Shown piece after piece: positions 39,952 through 54,816 of a stretch of 64,000 bases of DNA; within the stretch, counting starts at the first letter, position 1, and every line of letters starts with the position of its first letter. Position numbers and translations under genes: made by a program. The DNA lies in contig CM022678.1 of NCBI GenBank assembly GCA_012295275.1, positions 4,712,001 through 4,776,000 of the forward strand, read 5' to 3'. Below the pieces are notes generated by a model. That model saw nothing but the letters and a program-made list of their open reading frames with translations, ran no database searches and was not told where the DNA came from. The stretch comes from Chrysomallon squamiferum (Eukaryota; Animalia; Mollusca).

Positions 39952-42046
39952 TCCGGATTAATTACAAAATATGTGGACCGATACATGTGAGAGATCTGTG
40001 TCAGAAAACTAATCGTAAAGACGTAGAAAAATAACGATCACAGTGGTGTTGACTCGCTTTCACTCAGCTTTGAATTTTAATTAATAAATCTTTATGCTCT
40101 GATTCATTTGTTTTATTTACTTTTTTATTCTGTTATCAAAGCAGAGAACTCAGTGTTTCGAAAATCAGTCTCTAAAGATGCTCATTTTCTCTAGCAAAGT
40201 GCGGATATCACGTGATCTAACGTCGTAAAGTCAAGGAATGAAACTGTTCAGTTAGAACAATCTCTACGTGCCTGTTTACCTTTATCCTAAAGAATACAAC
40301 ATTAATACTTACTAAAGTAACTGAAATAATTACAACCATTTATTAAATGTAAACCGAGAATTGTCATTCAAAAAGTGTTTAATGACGCCTCGTAGTAGAA
40401 ATTGAATTACCTTCAACATGGGTCCAGTTTGATCAAACATCTGCTGTATTTTAACACGACTCAGTTAACAAGGTGTTTTAATTAATGGTTATCTTACAAG
40501 GAATTTATAAAATGTATAAACCAGTTCTATATATGCGCTAGATAAATAAACACAAAACAAATTAAGGTACATTTACAATTCAATTACGAGAAAGTGAATA
40601 ATTAGCGATACTAAAAATTATGATAAAATATATTTGAATATCTCGTGTGAGAAAGTGAATTAACATCAGCCGGGGAACCAATAAAAATAAGATTCTCCTG
40701 GAAGGGAGATTTAACAAATTAAACTTCACAATTGTTACTGAGACTGTTTAATTAGACATTACACCATCTCAGAGTAATAAAACAACAGATTACCACATTT
40801 TTCCATGACGAAATAAACGTATATCCATCGGCAGATCACTTTGCTTCCAGACATAGATGAAAGCCTTTTATATGAACTCGATTAATAAAATGAACTGATT
40901 ACGGAATGGAAAACACAATTACACCACAAAGCAACCTTACGTTTTATAATAAGCATCTTAGAAATCCGCGACACTGTTTTATGTATTATATTAACTTTAC
41001 AGAATATATCTTTAATAATAAACAGTACTCTTAGTACTGGAGAGTCGCCAAACAAACATTAAACATTTATTAGCTTATTCCACCTTTTATCTGTTAGAAA
41101 GTTATAAATCGATAGCTCACATTCAGAAGTTATCGAATCAGTCTCTAGTGTACAAATTACGTAAATAAATAACAGCGACTGAACAAACTGGTTACACCTC
41201 AGTTCCCCTAGAATAACACTTCACTTTTTTACTTTTAATTTGACGGGGTTTTTTTTCAGCATTTCTGTACTCTACATCAGCAGTATTTTTAATTTGTGGT
41301 ATCACGTTTTGCACTGTCAACAGTAACAGTAAACTTACATTTGAATAAATATACTCATTCATGCGTTGACAGATAGACACCTACATAAAAAAATGTATGT
41401 ACATACAAAGATAAAGGTCCAATATTTCAAACTTGTTTTTTCTCAATATTCGAGCATAAAGTTAAATTTTTCATTAGGTTACTTCTGAAAAAAAAAAAAT
41501 AAAACGATAAGAAATGATGAATATCAATGTATTATTTCGTAATAGACTGAGCAGTTCAACGTTAAAATATACGTTAAATGAACGCTTCTTATCCCAAACT
41601 TTCAGTACAAATGTTTCTGACACTTGAATTAAAATGTAATTGATTAAGTACTATAGATTTATAGAAGTATATCAAAAGTAATGGACGTACGAATTGTTTT
41701 ATTCGATTTAGATCTCTTGGAATCAGTAGTCGCAGACCAATGATCCTGATGAAGAGCACTATTGTATATATCAGCACAGTTAACGTGAAACATAACACGA
41801 AGAACAACATATGAATTATTTAAAAGTCACTGTTCACTTGAATTTCAATGAGTTACTGTCATTATTAATTTAAAACACTGTTTGATTACCAGTACAAAAC
41901 GAGGCCAAAATTTTTCAGAGAACTCAGTAGTATCTCTCGTGTATTCTCTACACGACATAATTTCATCAAGCATTATTTCACTGAGGACGAAAAAAACGAC
42001 ATCAAGTACAACGCCTTCGAAGACGACAACAACAACTTCATCAAAT

Positions 42047-42444
42047 ATGACGTCTGTGAAGTATATATCACTCCTGATTTTCATCCTGTTTGACTCCACG
42101 GCTGCCTCAGAAGTTTGTCCAGCTTCTGGCAACGATGAAACCAATTTGCAGGAATCTCCGTTATTTCGAGAAGTAAAACCCACATCACAAAGTTTAAAAC
42201 AAATGACAACATCAGGAAGATTACAGTGCGCAGTAAATTGCTATCATCGTCGTGGCTGCCGAAGTATTTTCTATTCGACCACTGACAACAATTGTTTCTT
42301 ATACGGTGAAGATGTTTTCCGTTCCACTTTTGAAAATTATTCGGGAATGCGACGTTTCGGTAAATTATTATTTTTCCTTCATAACATTTCTCGATTGTGT
42401 TTGTCGTCTTCCTAATTTATTTCTTCTTCTTCTTCTTCTTCTTC

Positions 42445-42490
<46 letters not shown>

Positions 42491-44495
42491 GATTATCATT
42501 ATCATCATCATAATTATTATCATTATTATTATTCTTATTATTATTATTATATTATTATTATTATTTTCATTATTATTATAATATGCTTGTATTTACCTAG
42601 AAATATTTCAGAATGCACTGTTCAGAATACATGTTCAGAATACACTGATTTCTCTTTACAGATATTGTACTTGCTGATTGTTACGATGTCATGAAGAAAG
42701 GATTTCAGACTGATGGGATTTATATGGTACAACCACGTGACGATGGAAAGCCAATCAGTGTCTTCTGTGAGATTAGTAATGGAGGATGGCTGGTAAGTCA
42801 GGAATATCTTTATCGAGTCAAAAACCGACTTAGAAACACATCTGCAAACATATAAACCTGCACCTATGATAACACTATCAGGAAAGAGTTTGGGTACCGT
42901 AAGTTAAATTGTGAAACATTTATCTTTTACGGCATGCCATTTCTCCAGATTCGGAGATTTGTAGTCACAGTTTCTGCTTCTTAATTAACTGATCTGGGTA
43001 CATCTTAGAGTCGACATTCAACAGATTCTTATATTCGTTTCTTTTGTTTTCTTTCTTTGTTATTTTATGTATGTATGTATGTATGTATATGTGTATGTAT
43101 GTATGTATGTATGTGTGTGTGTATATATACTGCTTAATATGTCGACATCATATGACGATTTGGACAAGACTGCGCAATCTAAGTTCATACTCACCTGTTT
43201 CCTTATTTAATGAGGTTTTCCAGAGAAGGACTGACGGATCGGAAGATTTCTACAGAACTTGGAATGAATACAAAGACGGTTTCGGAAATTTAAGCAATGA
43301 ATTCTGGCTGGGTATGTTTAAACCTGATTATCTTTTCGAGAGTCTGGCCTGTTGATGCAAATTGATACTGAAATAGATAAATGTTTCTTTTTTTTAATGA
43401 AAATATAACTAATATTCGCAGTTTGTGTCACATTTGTTCCAACACAAGTATCGCTGTTCGTATTAATATCATCATCATCATCATCATCATCATAACACTG
43501 ATCATGATCATTAGAAGCATCATCATAGCTATTATCATTATTATTATTATTATTAGGTAACACCAACATTCATAGACTAACTGCTCAAGGACTTTATGAA
43601 CTGAGGGTAGATTTAGAAGATTTTGCAGGATACTCGGACTACGCCTCCTACAAGAATTTCTCCATAGCAGGAGAAGAAAAGAATTTCCAGTTGTCTGTAT
43701 CCAATTACAGTGGAACTACTGGTACATGTGTTCATAATAATATTACTTTCTTCTTATCATTTCCTTTGATGATATGTGATGTTAACTTTCGATTACTGAC
43801 TTTTTCTTCTTCTTCTTTTTTTTTGTCAGCTTCATTTTATTTTTTTCACCTTCTCCTTTTTATTATTATTGGCAGAATTATTATCATATTTAGCTGTTGT
43901 TGTTGTTCCTACTGTTGCTGTTGTAATGATAGTAGTAGTAGTAATAGTGATGATGCAGTTATTCTGGTTGTTTTTATAAGACAGACTATTTTATTTAAGT
44001 TTTCATTACGGATGGATAGACAGATAAACACATAAGTGGTAAAACGGTTAACTCGTTAACAACTTATAAAAACTTATGCAGATATTTTAGCACTCACACA
44101 TTCAGTAAAAATGTTATATTGATATGTATATATTTTTTTTACTATGTACAGAGAGATGTAGGCATTTTCGTTGATTAGTGTGTAGCCTAAATAATATGTA
44201 GATAATATAAATGTTATTTAATCACTATTTTTCAGGTGATGGTCTCTCAAATCATAATGGCTGTTATTTCAGTACAAAAGACAAAGATCTGGACAAGTCA
44301 GAGTTCAACTGTGCCATGGAGCTTCTTGGAGCTTGGTGGTACAACTGTTGTGCTTTGTCCAATCTAAATGGAATGTATACATATGTAACGACATCTAATG
44401 AGACTTCAGTTTGGTGGTATACATGGAGCAAACGATGGGCTCAACCGCTAAAAGGAGCAGTAATGAAAATAAGACCATCTAAGATCGTGCCATAG
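42047..44495 (+). CDS. PAN-FReD gene K, intact
   Basis: Exons 42047-42359, 42662-42792, 43215-43311 (GAG acceptor), 43557-43721, 44236-44495. Open frame [10 protein letters not shown]...KIRPSKIVP*. Confidence 0.85.
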
Positions 44496-46181
44496 TCCGG
44501 ATTAATTACAAAATATGAGGACCGATACATGTGAGAGATCTGTGTCAGAAAACTAATCGTAGAGACAGAAAAATGACGATCACAGTGGAGTTGACTCGCT
44601 TTCATTGAGATTTGAAATTTAATTAATAAATCTTTATGCTCTGATTCATTTGTTTTATTTACTATTTTATTTTTTTTATCAAAGCAGAGGACTCAGTGTT
44701 ACGAAAATCAGTCTCTAAAGATGCTAATTTTCTCTAGCAAAGTGTGGATATCACGTGATCAAACATGTCGTAAGGTGAAGGAATGAAATTGTTGAATTAG
44801 AACAATCTGTACGTGCCTGTTTACCTTTATCCTAAACAATACAACATCAATACTTACTAAAATAACTGGAATAATTACAACCACGTATTAAATGTAAACC
44901 GAGTATTGTCATTCAAAAAGTGTTTGATGATGTCTCGTAGTAGAAATTGAATTATCTTCAACATGAGTCCAGTTTGATCAAACATCTGCTGTATTTTAAC
45001 ACGACTCAGTTAACAAGGTGTTTTAATTAATGGTTATCTTACAAGGAACTGAAAACACCGTTACACCACAAACCAACATTACGTGTTATAATAAGCATGT
45101 TAGAAATCCGAGACACTCTGTTATGTATTATATTAACTTTACAGAATATATCTTTAATAATAAACAGTAATCTTAGTACTGGAGAGTCGCCAAACAAACA
45201 TTAAACATTTATTAGCTTATTCCGCCTTCTATCTGTTGGAAAGTTTTAAATCGATAGCTCACATTCAGAAGTTATCCAATCAGTCTCTAGAGTACATATT
45301 ACATAAATAAATAACAGCGACTGAACAAACTGGTTACACTTCAGTTCCCCTAGAATAACACTTCACTTTTTTACTATTAATTGGACGGTTTGTGTCACCA
45401 TTTGTGTATTCTACATCAGCAGTATTTTTAATTTGTGGTATCACGTTTTGCACTCACCACAGTAACAGTAAACTTACATTTGAATAAATATACTCATTCA
45501 TGCGTTTACAGATAGAGACCTACATAAAAAAATATGTATATATATAAAGATAAAGGTGCATTATTTGAAACTTGTTTTTTCTCAATATTCGAGCATAAAG
45601 TTAATTTTTCATTAGGTTACTTCTGAAAAAAAAAAAAAAAAAAAAAAACGATGAGAAATGATGAAACGATAATAGACTGAGCAGTTCAACGTGAAAATAT
45701 ATATTCAATGAACGCTTGTTTTCCAAAAAACTTTCAGTACAAATATTGTTTCTGACACTTGAATTAAAATGTAATTGATTAAGTATTATAGATTTATAGA
45801 AGTATATCAAAAGTAATGGACGTACGAATTGTTTTATTCGATTTAGATCTCTTGGAATCAGTAGTCGCAGACCAATGATCCTGATGAAGACCACTATTGT
45901 ATATATCAGCACAGTTAACTTGAAACATAACACGAAGAACAACATATGAATTATTTAAAAGTCACTGTTCACTTGAATTTGAATGAGTTACTGTCGTTAT
46001 TAATTTAAAACACTGTTTGATTACCAGTACAAAACGAGGCCAAAAATTTTCAGAGAACTCAGTAGTATCTCTCGTGTATTCTCTACACGACATAATTTCA
46101 TCAAGCATTATTTCACTGAGAACGAAAAAAACGACATCAAGTACAACGCCTTCGAAGACGACAACAACAACTTCATCAAAT

Positions 46182-46560
46182 ATGACGTCTGTGAAGTATA
46201 TATCACTCATGATTTTCATCCTGTTTGACTCCACGGCTGCCTCAGAAGTTTGTCCAGCTTCTGGCAACGTTGAAACCAATTTGCATGAATCACCATTATT
46301 TCGAGATGTAAAACCCACATCACAAAGTTTAAAACAAATGACAACATCAGGAAGATTACAGTGCGCAGTAAATTGCTATCATCGTCGTGGCTGCCGAAGT
46401 ATTTTCTATTCGTCCACTGACAACAATTGTTTGTTATACGGTGAAGATGTTTTTCGTTCGACGTTTGAAAATTATTCGGGAATGAGACGTTTCGGTAAAT
46501 TATTATCTTTCTTTCATAACATTTCTCAGTTGTGTTTGTCTTCTTCCTAATTTGTTTCTT

Positions 46561-46591
<31 letters not shown>

Positions 46592-46613
46592 TTATTATTA
46601 TTATTATTATTAT

Positions 46614-46667
<54 letters not shown>

Positions 46668-47612
46668 GATTATGTGTTCGCATTTTACAGATAAATATTT
46701 ACTCAGAATACAGTGAATTGATTTTACAGATGTTGAAAACGATGTACCTGCTGACTGTTACGAAGTCGTGAAAAAAGGAATTCAGACTGATGGGATTTAT
46801 TTGGTACAACCACGTGACGGTGGAAAGCCAGTCAGTGTCTTCTGTGAGATTAGTAATGGAGGATGGCTGGTAAGTCAGGAATATCTTTATCTAGACAAAA
46901 ACCGACTTAGAAACACATCTGCAGACATATAAGCCTGCTCGTATGATAACCCTATCAGGTAAGAGTTTGTGTACCGTAAGTTAAATTGTGAATCATTTAT
47001 CTTTTACGACATGCCATTTCTCCAGATTCGGAGATTTGTAGTCACAGTTTCTGCTTCTTAATTAACTGATCTGGGTACATCTTAGAGTCAAAATTCAGCA
47101 GATTATTATATTTGTTTCTTTTGTTTTCTTTCTTTGTTACTTTATGTATGTATGTATGTATGTATGTATGTATGTATGTATGTATGTATGTATGTGTGTA
47201 TGTATGTGTGTGTGTATATATATATATTGTTTAATATTTCGCCATCATATGACGATTTGGACAAGGCTGCGCAATCTAAGTTCATACTCACCTGTTTCCT
47301 TATTTAATGAGGTTTTACAGAGAAGAACTGACGGATCGGAAGATTTCTACAGAACTTGGAATGAATACAAAGACGGTTTCGGAAATTTAAGCAATGAGTT
47401 CTGGCTGGGTATGTTTAAACCTGATTATCTTTTCGAGAGACTGGCCTGTTGATGCAAATTGATACTGAAATAGATAAATGCTTTTTAATGAAAATATAAC
47501 TTATATTCGCAGTTTGTGTCACATTTGTTCCAACACAAGTATCGCTGTTCGTATTGATATTATCATCATCATCATCATCACACTGATGATGGTCATTATA
47601 AGCATTATCATA

Positions 47613-47646
<34 letters not shown>

Positions 47647-48208
47647 GGTAACACCAATATTCACAGACTGACTACTCAAGGACTTTATGAACTGAGGGTG
47701 GATTTAGAAGATTTTGAAGGGAACACGAGCTACGCCTCCTACAAGAATTTCTCTGTAGCGGGAGAAGAAAAGAATTTCCAGTTGTCTGTAGCCAATTATA
47801 GTGGAATTGCTGGTACATGTTTTCATAGTAATATTTCCTTTTTTTATCATTTACTTTGATAATATGTGATGTTAACTTTCGATTACTGTTTTTTCTTCTC
47901 TTTCTTCTTCTTCTTGTTTTTTTCGTCAGATTCATTTTTTTGTTTCACCTTCTCCTTCTTCTTATTATTGACATTATTATTATTATCCATTGTTCTTGTT
48001 TTTGGTTTTGCTGTTGTAATAATATTAGCAGGAGTAATAGTGATGATGCATTTATTCTGGTTGTTATTATAAGACAGACTATTTTATTTAAGTTTGCATT
48101 CTGGATAGATAGACAGATAAACACAAAAGTGGTGAGACAGTTAACTCCTTAATAACTTATTAAAAGAAATATGCTTTTATTTTAGTGCTCACATATTCAG
48201 TAGAAATG

Positions 48209-48242
<34 letters not shown>

Positions 48243-48611
48243 ATTATTATTATTATTATTATGTAGAGAGAGTAGTTGTTATTTTGTTAGATTATTGTAG
48301 TGCCTAAATAACATGTAGATAATAAAATGTGTTTTAATCACTATTTTTCAGGTGATGGTCTCTCATATCAAAATGGCCGTTATTTCACTACAAAAGACAA
48401 AGATCTGGACATGGCATACTTGAACTGTGCCATAGAGTATCAAGGAGCTTGGTGGTACAACAATTGTATTCGGTCCAATCTAAATGGAATGTATACATAT
48501 GTAACGACGGCTAATCAGACTTCAGTTTGGTGGTATCCATGGACAAATCAATGGTTTCAACCACTAAAAGGAGCAGTTATGAAAATAAGACCATCTAAGA
48601 TCGTGCCATAG
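46182..48611 (+). CDS. PAN-FReD gene L, intact
   Basis: Exons 46182-46494, 46730-46869, 47312-47408, 47648-47812, 48352-48611; open frame. Confidence 0.85.
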
Positions 48612-50262
48612 TCCGGATTAATTACAAAATATGTGGACCGATACATGTGAGAGATCTGTGTCAGAAAACTAATCGTAAAGACGTAGAAAAATAACGATCA
48701 CAGTGGTGTTGACTCGCTTTCACTCAGCTTTGAATTTTAATTAATAAATCTTTATGCTCTGATTCATTTGTTTTATTTACTATTTTATTTTTTTTATCAA
48801 AGCAGAGGACTCAGTGTTACGAAAATCAGTCTCTAAAGATGCTAATTTTCTCTAGCAAAGTGTGGATATCACGTGATCAAACATGTCGTAAGGTGAAGGA
48901 ATGAAATTGTTGAATTAGAACAATCTGTACGTGCCTGTTTACCTTTATCCTAAACAATACAACATCAATACTTACTAAAATAACTGGAATAATTACAACC
49001 ACGTATTAAATGTAAACCGAGTATTGTCATTCAAAAAGTGTTTGATGATGTCTCGTAGTAGAAATTGAATTATCTTCAACATGAGTCCAGTTTGATCAAA
49101 CATCTGCTGTATTTTAACACGACTCAGTTAACAAGGTGTTTTAATTAATGGTTATCTTACAAGGAACTGAAAACACCGTTACACCACAAACCAACATTAC
49201 GTGTTATAATAAGCATGTTAGAAATCCGCGACACTCTGTTATGTATTATATTAACTTTACAGAATATATCTTTAATAATAAACAGTAATCTTAGTACTGG
49301 AGAGTCGCCAAACAAACATTAAACATTTATTAGCTTATTCCGCCTTCTATCTGTTGGAAAGTTTTAAATCGATAGCTCACATTCAGAAGTTATCCAATCA
49401 GTCTCTAGAGTACATATTACATAAATAAATCACAGCGACTGAACAAACTGGTTACACCTCAGTTCACCTAGAATAACACTTCACTTTTTTACTATTAATT
49501 GGACGGTTTGTGTCACCATTTGTGTATTCTACATCAGCAGTATTTTTAATTTGTGGTATCAAGTTTTGCAGTGACAACAGTAACAGTAAACTTACACTTG
49601 AATAAATGTACTCATTCATGCGTTGACAGATACATACCTACATAAAAATAAAAATAAATGTGTCTACATACAAACTTGTTTTCTCTTGATATTCGAGCAT
49701 AAAGTAAATTTTTCATTAGGTTACTTCTGAAACAAAAGTAAATAAAACGATAATAGACTGAGCAGTACAACGAGAAAATATATATTCAATGAACGCTTGT
49801 TTTCCAAAAAACTTTCAGTACAAATATTGTTTCTGACACTTGAATTAAAATGTAATTGATTAAGTATTATAGATTTATAGAAGTATATCAAAAGTAATGG
49901 AAGTACGAATTCTTTTATTCGATTTAGATCTCTTGGAATCAGTAGTCGCAGACCAATGATCCTGATGAAGAGCACTATTGTATATATCAGCACAGTTCAC
50001 GTGAAACATAACACGAACAACAACATATGAATTATTTAAAAGTCACTGTTCACTTGAATTTGAATGAGTTACTGTCATTATGAATTTAAAACACTGTTTG
50101 ATTACCAGTACAAACCGTGGCCAGAAATTTTCAGAGAACTCAGTAGTATCTCTCGTGTATTCTCTACACGACATAATTTCATCAAGCATTATTTCACTGA
50201 GAACGAAAAAAACGACATCAAGTACAACGCCTTCGAAGACGACAACAACAACTTCATCAAAT

Positions 50263-50644
50263 ATGACGTCTGTGAAGTATATATCACTCATGATTTTCAT
50301 CCTGTTTGACTCCACGGCTGCCTCAGAAGTTTGTCCAGCTTCTGGCAACGTTGAAACCAGTTTGCATGAATCACCATTATTTCGAGATGTAAAACCCACA
50401 TCACAAAGTTTAAAACAAATGACAACCTCAGGAAGGTTACAGTGCGCAGTAAATTGCTATCATCGTCGTGGCTGCCGAAGTATTTTCTATTCGTCCACTG
50501 ACAACAATTGTTTGTTATACGGTGAAGATGTTTTTCGTTCGACGTTTGAAAATTATTCGGGAATGAGACGTTTCGGTAAATTATTATCTTTCTTTCATAA
50601 CATTTCTCAGTTGTGTTTGTCTTCTTCCTAATTTGTTTCTTCTT

Positions 50645-50675
<31 letters not shown>

Positions 50676-50697
50676 TTATTATTATTATTATTATTAT

Positions 50698-50748
<51 letters not shown>

Positions 50749-51704
50749 GATTATGTGTTCGCATTTTACAGATAAATATTTACTCAGAATACAGTGAATT
50801 GATTTTACAGATGTTGAAAACGATGTACCTGCTGACTGTTACGAAGTCGTGAAAAAAGGAATTCAGACTGATGGGATTTATTTGGTACAACCACGTGACG
50901 GTGGAAAGCCAGTCAGTGTCTTCTGTGAGATTAGTAATGGAGGATGGCTGGTAAGTCAGGAATATCTTTATCTAGACAAAAACCGACTTAGAAACACATC
51001 TGCAGACATATAAGCCTGCTCGTATGATAACCCTATCAGGTAAGAGTTTGTGTACCGTAAGTTAAATTGTGAATCATTTATCTTTTACGACATGCCATTT
51101 CTCCAGATTCGGAGATTTGTAGTCACAGTTTCTGCTTCTTAATTAACTGATCTGGGTACATCTTAGTCAAAATTCAGCAGATTATTATATTTGTTTCTTT
51201 TGTTTTCTTTCTTTGTTACTTTATGTATGTATGTATGTATGTATGTATGTATGTATGTATGTATGTATGTATGTATGTATGTGTGTATGTATGTGTGTGT
51301 GTATATATATATATTGTTTAATATTTCGCCATCATATGACGATTTGGACAAGGCTGCGCAATCTAAGTTCATACTCACCTGTTTCCTTATTTAATGAGGT
51401 TTTACAGAGAAGAACTGACGGATCGGAAGATTTCTACAGAACTTGGAATGAATACAAAGACGGTTTCGGAAATTTAAGCAATGAGTTCTGGCTGGGTATG
51501 TTTAAACCTGATTATCTTTTCGAGAGACTGGCCTGTTGATGCAAATTGATACTGAAATAGATAAATGTTTTTTTAATGAAAATATAACTTATATTCGCAG
51601 TTTGTGTCACATTTGTTCCAACACAAGTATCGCTGTTCGTATTGATATTATCATCATCATCATCATCACACTGATGATGGTCATTATAAGCATTATCATA
51701 GTTA

Positions 51705-51744
<40 letters not shown>

Positions 51745-52711
51745 GGTAACACCAATATTCACAGACTGACTACTCAAGGACTTTATGAACTGAGGGTGGA
51801 TTTAGAAGATTTTGAAGGGAACACGAGGTACGCCTCCTACAAGAATTTCTCTGTAGCGGAAGAAGAAAAGAATTTCCAGTTGTCTGTAGCCAATTATAGT
51901 GGAATTGCTGGTACATGTTTTCATAGTAATATTTCCTTTTTTTATCATTTACTTTGATAATATGTGATGTTAACTTTCGATTACTGTTTTTTCTTCTCTT
52001 TCTTCTTCTTCTTGTTTTTTTCGTCAGATTCATTTTTTTGTTTCACCTTCTCCTTCTTCTTATTATTGACATTATTATTATTATCCATTGTTCTTGTTTT
52101 TGGTTTTGCTGTTGTAATAATATTAGCAGGAGTAATAGTGATGATGCATTTATTCTGGTTGTTATTATAAGACAGACTATTTTATTTAAGTTTGCATTCT
52201 GGATAGATAGACAGATAAACACAAAAGTGGTGAGACAGTTAACTCCTTAATAACTTATTAAAAGAAATATGCTTTTATTTTAGTGCTCACATATTCAGTA
52301 GAAATGTATATATATATATATATATATTATTATATTATTATTATTATTATTATTATTATTATGTAGAGAGAGTAGTTGTTATTTTGTTAGATTATTGTAG
52401 TGCCTAAATAACATGTAGATAATAAAATGTGTTTTAATCACTATTTTTCAGGTGATGGTCTCTCATATCAAAATGGCCGTTATTTCACTACAAAAGACAA
52501 AGATCTGGACATGGCATACTTGAACTGTGCCATAGAGTATCAAGGAGCTTGGTGGTACAACAATTGTATTCGGTCCAATCTAAATGGAATGTATACATAT
52601 GTAACGACGGCTAATCAGACTTCAGTTTGGTGGTATCCATGGACAAATCAATGGTTTCAACCACTAAAAGGAGCAGTTATGAAAATAAGACCATCTAAGA
52701 TCGTGCCATAG
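50263..52711 (+). CDS. PAN-FReD gene M, intact, near-identical to L
   Basis: Exons 50263-50575, 50811-50950, 51399-51495, 51746-51910, 52452-52711. Differs from L at few codons (N>S in exon 1; S>R and G>E in exon 4). Confidence 0.85.
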
Positions 52712-54816
52712 TCCGGATTAATTACAAAATATGTGGACCGATACATGTGAGAGATCTGTGTCAGAAAACTAATCGTAAAGACGTAGAAAAATAACGATCA
52801 CAGTGGTGTTGACTCGCTTTCACTCAGCTTTGAATTTTAATTAATAAATCTTTATGCTCTGATTCATTTGTTTTATTTACTTATTTATTCTATTATCAAA
52901 GCAGAGGACTCAGTGTTTCGAAAATCAGTCTCTAAAGATGCTCATTTTCTCTAGCAAAGTGTGGATATCACGTGATCTAACGTCGTAAAGTAAAGGAATG
53001 AAACTGTTCAGTTAGAACAATCTGTACGTGCCTGTTTACCTTTATCCTAAAGAATACAACATTAATACTTACTAAAGTAACTGAAATAATTACAACCATT
53101 TATTAAATGTAAACCGAGAATTGTCATTCAAAACGTGTTTAATGACGCCTCCTATTAAAAACTGAATTATCTTCAACATGGGTCCAGTTTGATCAAATAT
53201 CTGCTGTATTTTAACACGACTCAGTTAACAAGGTGTTTTAATTAATGGTTCTCTGACAAGGAATTTATAAAATGTATAAACCAGTTCTATATATGCGCTA
53301 GATAAATAAACACAAAACAAATTATGGTACATTTACAATTCAATTACGAGAAAGTGAATAATTAACGATACTACAAATTATCATAAAATATATTTGAATA
53401 TCTCGTGTGAGAAAGTGAATTAACATCAGCCGGGGAACCAATATAAAAATAAGATTCTCCTCGAAGGGGAGATTTAACAAATTAAACTTCACAATTGTTA
53501 CTGAGACAGTTTAGTTAGACATTACACCGTCTCAGAATAATAAAACAACAGGTTACCACATTCTTCCATGACGAAACAAACGTATATCCATCGGCAGATC
53601 ACTTTGCTTCCAGACATAGATGAAAGCCTTTTATATGAACTCGATTAATAAAATGAACTGATTACGGAATGGAAAACACAATTACACCACAAAGCAACCT
53701 CACGTTTTATAATAAGCATCTTAGAAATCCGCGACACTGTGTTATGTATTATATTAACTTTACAGAATCTATCTTTAATAATAAACAGCAATCTTAGTAC
53801 TGGAGAGTCGCCAAACAAACATTGAACATTTATTAGTTGATTGCACCTTTTATCTGTTAGAAAGTTATAAATCGATAGCGCACATTGAGAAGACATCGAA
53901 TCAGTCTCTAGTGTAGAAATTACATAAATAAATAACAGCGACCGAACAAACTGGTTACACGTCAGTTCCCCTAGAATAACTCTTCACTTTTTTACTTTTA
54001 ATTGGACGGTTTGTGTCAACATTTCTATACTCTACATCAGCAGTATTTTTAATTTGTGGTATCACGTTTTCCACTGACAACAGTAACAGTAAACTTACAC
54101 TTGAATAAATATACTCATTCATGCGTTTATAGATACAGACCTACAGAAAAAATATGTATACATGCAAAGATAATATTTCAAACTTGCTTTCTCTTGATAT
54201 TCGAGCATAAAGTGAATTTTTCATTAGGTTACTTCTGAAATTTTTTTTTAATAAAACGATAAGAAATATTGAATATCGATGTATTATTTCGTAATAGACT
54301 GAGTAATACGACGGTAAAATATATATTCAATGAATGCTTCTTTTCCCAAACTTTCAGTTTAAATATTGTTTCTGTCACTTGAATTAAAATGTAATTCATT
54401 AAGTGTTATAGATTTATAGAAGTATATCAAAACTAATGGACGTACGAATTGTTTTATTCGATTTAGATCTCTTGGAATCAGTAGTCGCAGACCAATGATC
54501 CTGATGAAGAGGATTATTGTATATATCAGCACAATTCCCGTTAAACATAACACGAACAACAACATATGTATTATTTAAAAGTCACTGTTCACTAGAATTC
54601 CAATGAGTTACTCTAAATACAGTATTTGCTGTCATTATTAATTTAAAACATTGTTTGATTACTAGAAATTGAGGCTAGAAATTGTCATTGAACGCAGTAC
54701 TGTCTCTCGTGTATTCTCTACAGGGCATAATTTCATCAAGCATTATTTTACTGAGGACGAAAACAAGGACAGCAAGTGTAACGCCTTCGAAGACGACAAC
54801 AACATCTTCATCAAAT

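Larger units (their letters stand above)
39950..54816. repeat. Head-to-tail segmental tandem array, period ~4.1-4.5 kb (genes J-K-L-M-N)
   Basis: Intergenic spacers 39952-42046, 44496-46181, 48612-50262 and 52712-54816 are colinear and highly similar. Confidence 0.9.

Noticed and set aside
41882-42046. Long Ser/Thr-rich N-terminal extension of the K/L/M/N exon-1 ORFs
   Set aside because: In K, L and N it starts at non-ATG codons; the ATG of MTSVKY directly precedes the hydrophobic signal and gives the conserved 313-nt exon, so the extension is treated as 5' UTR.
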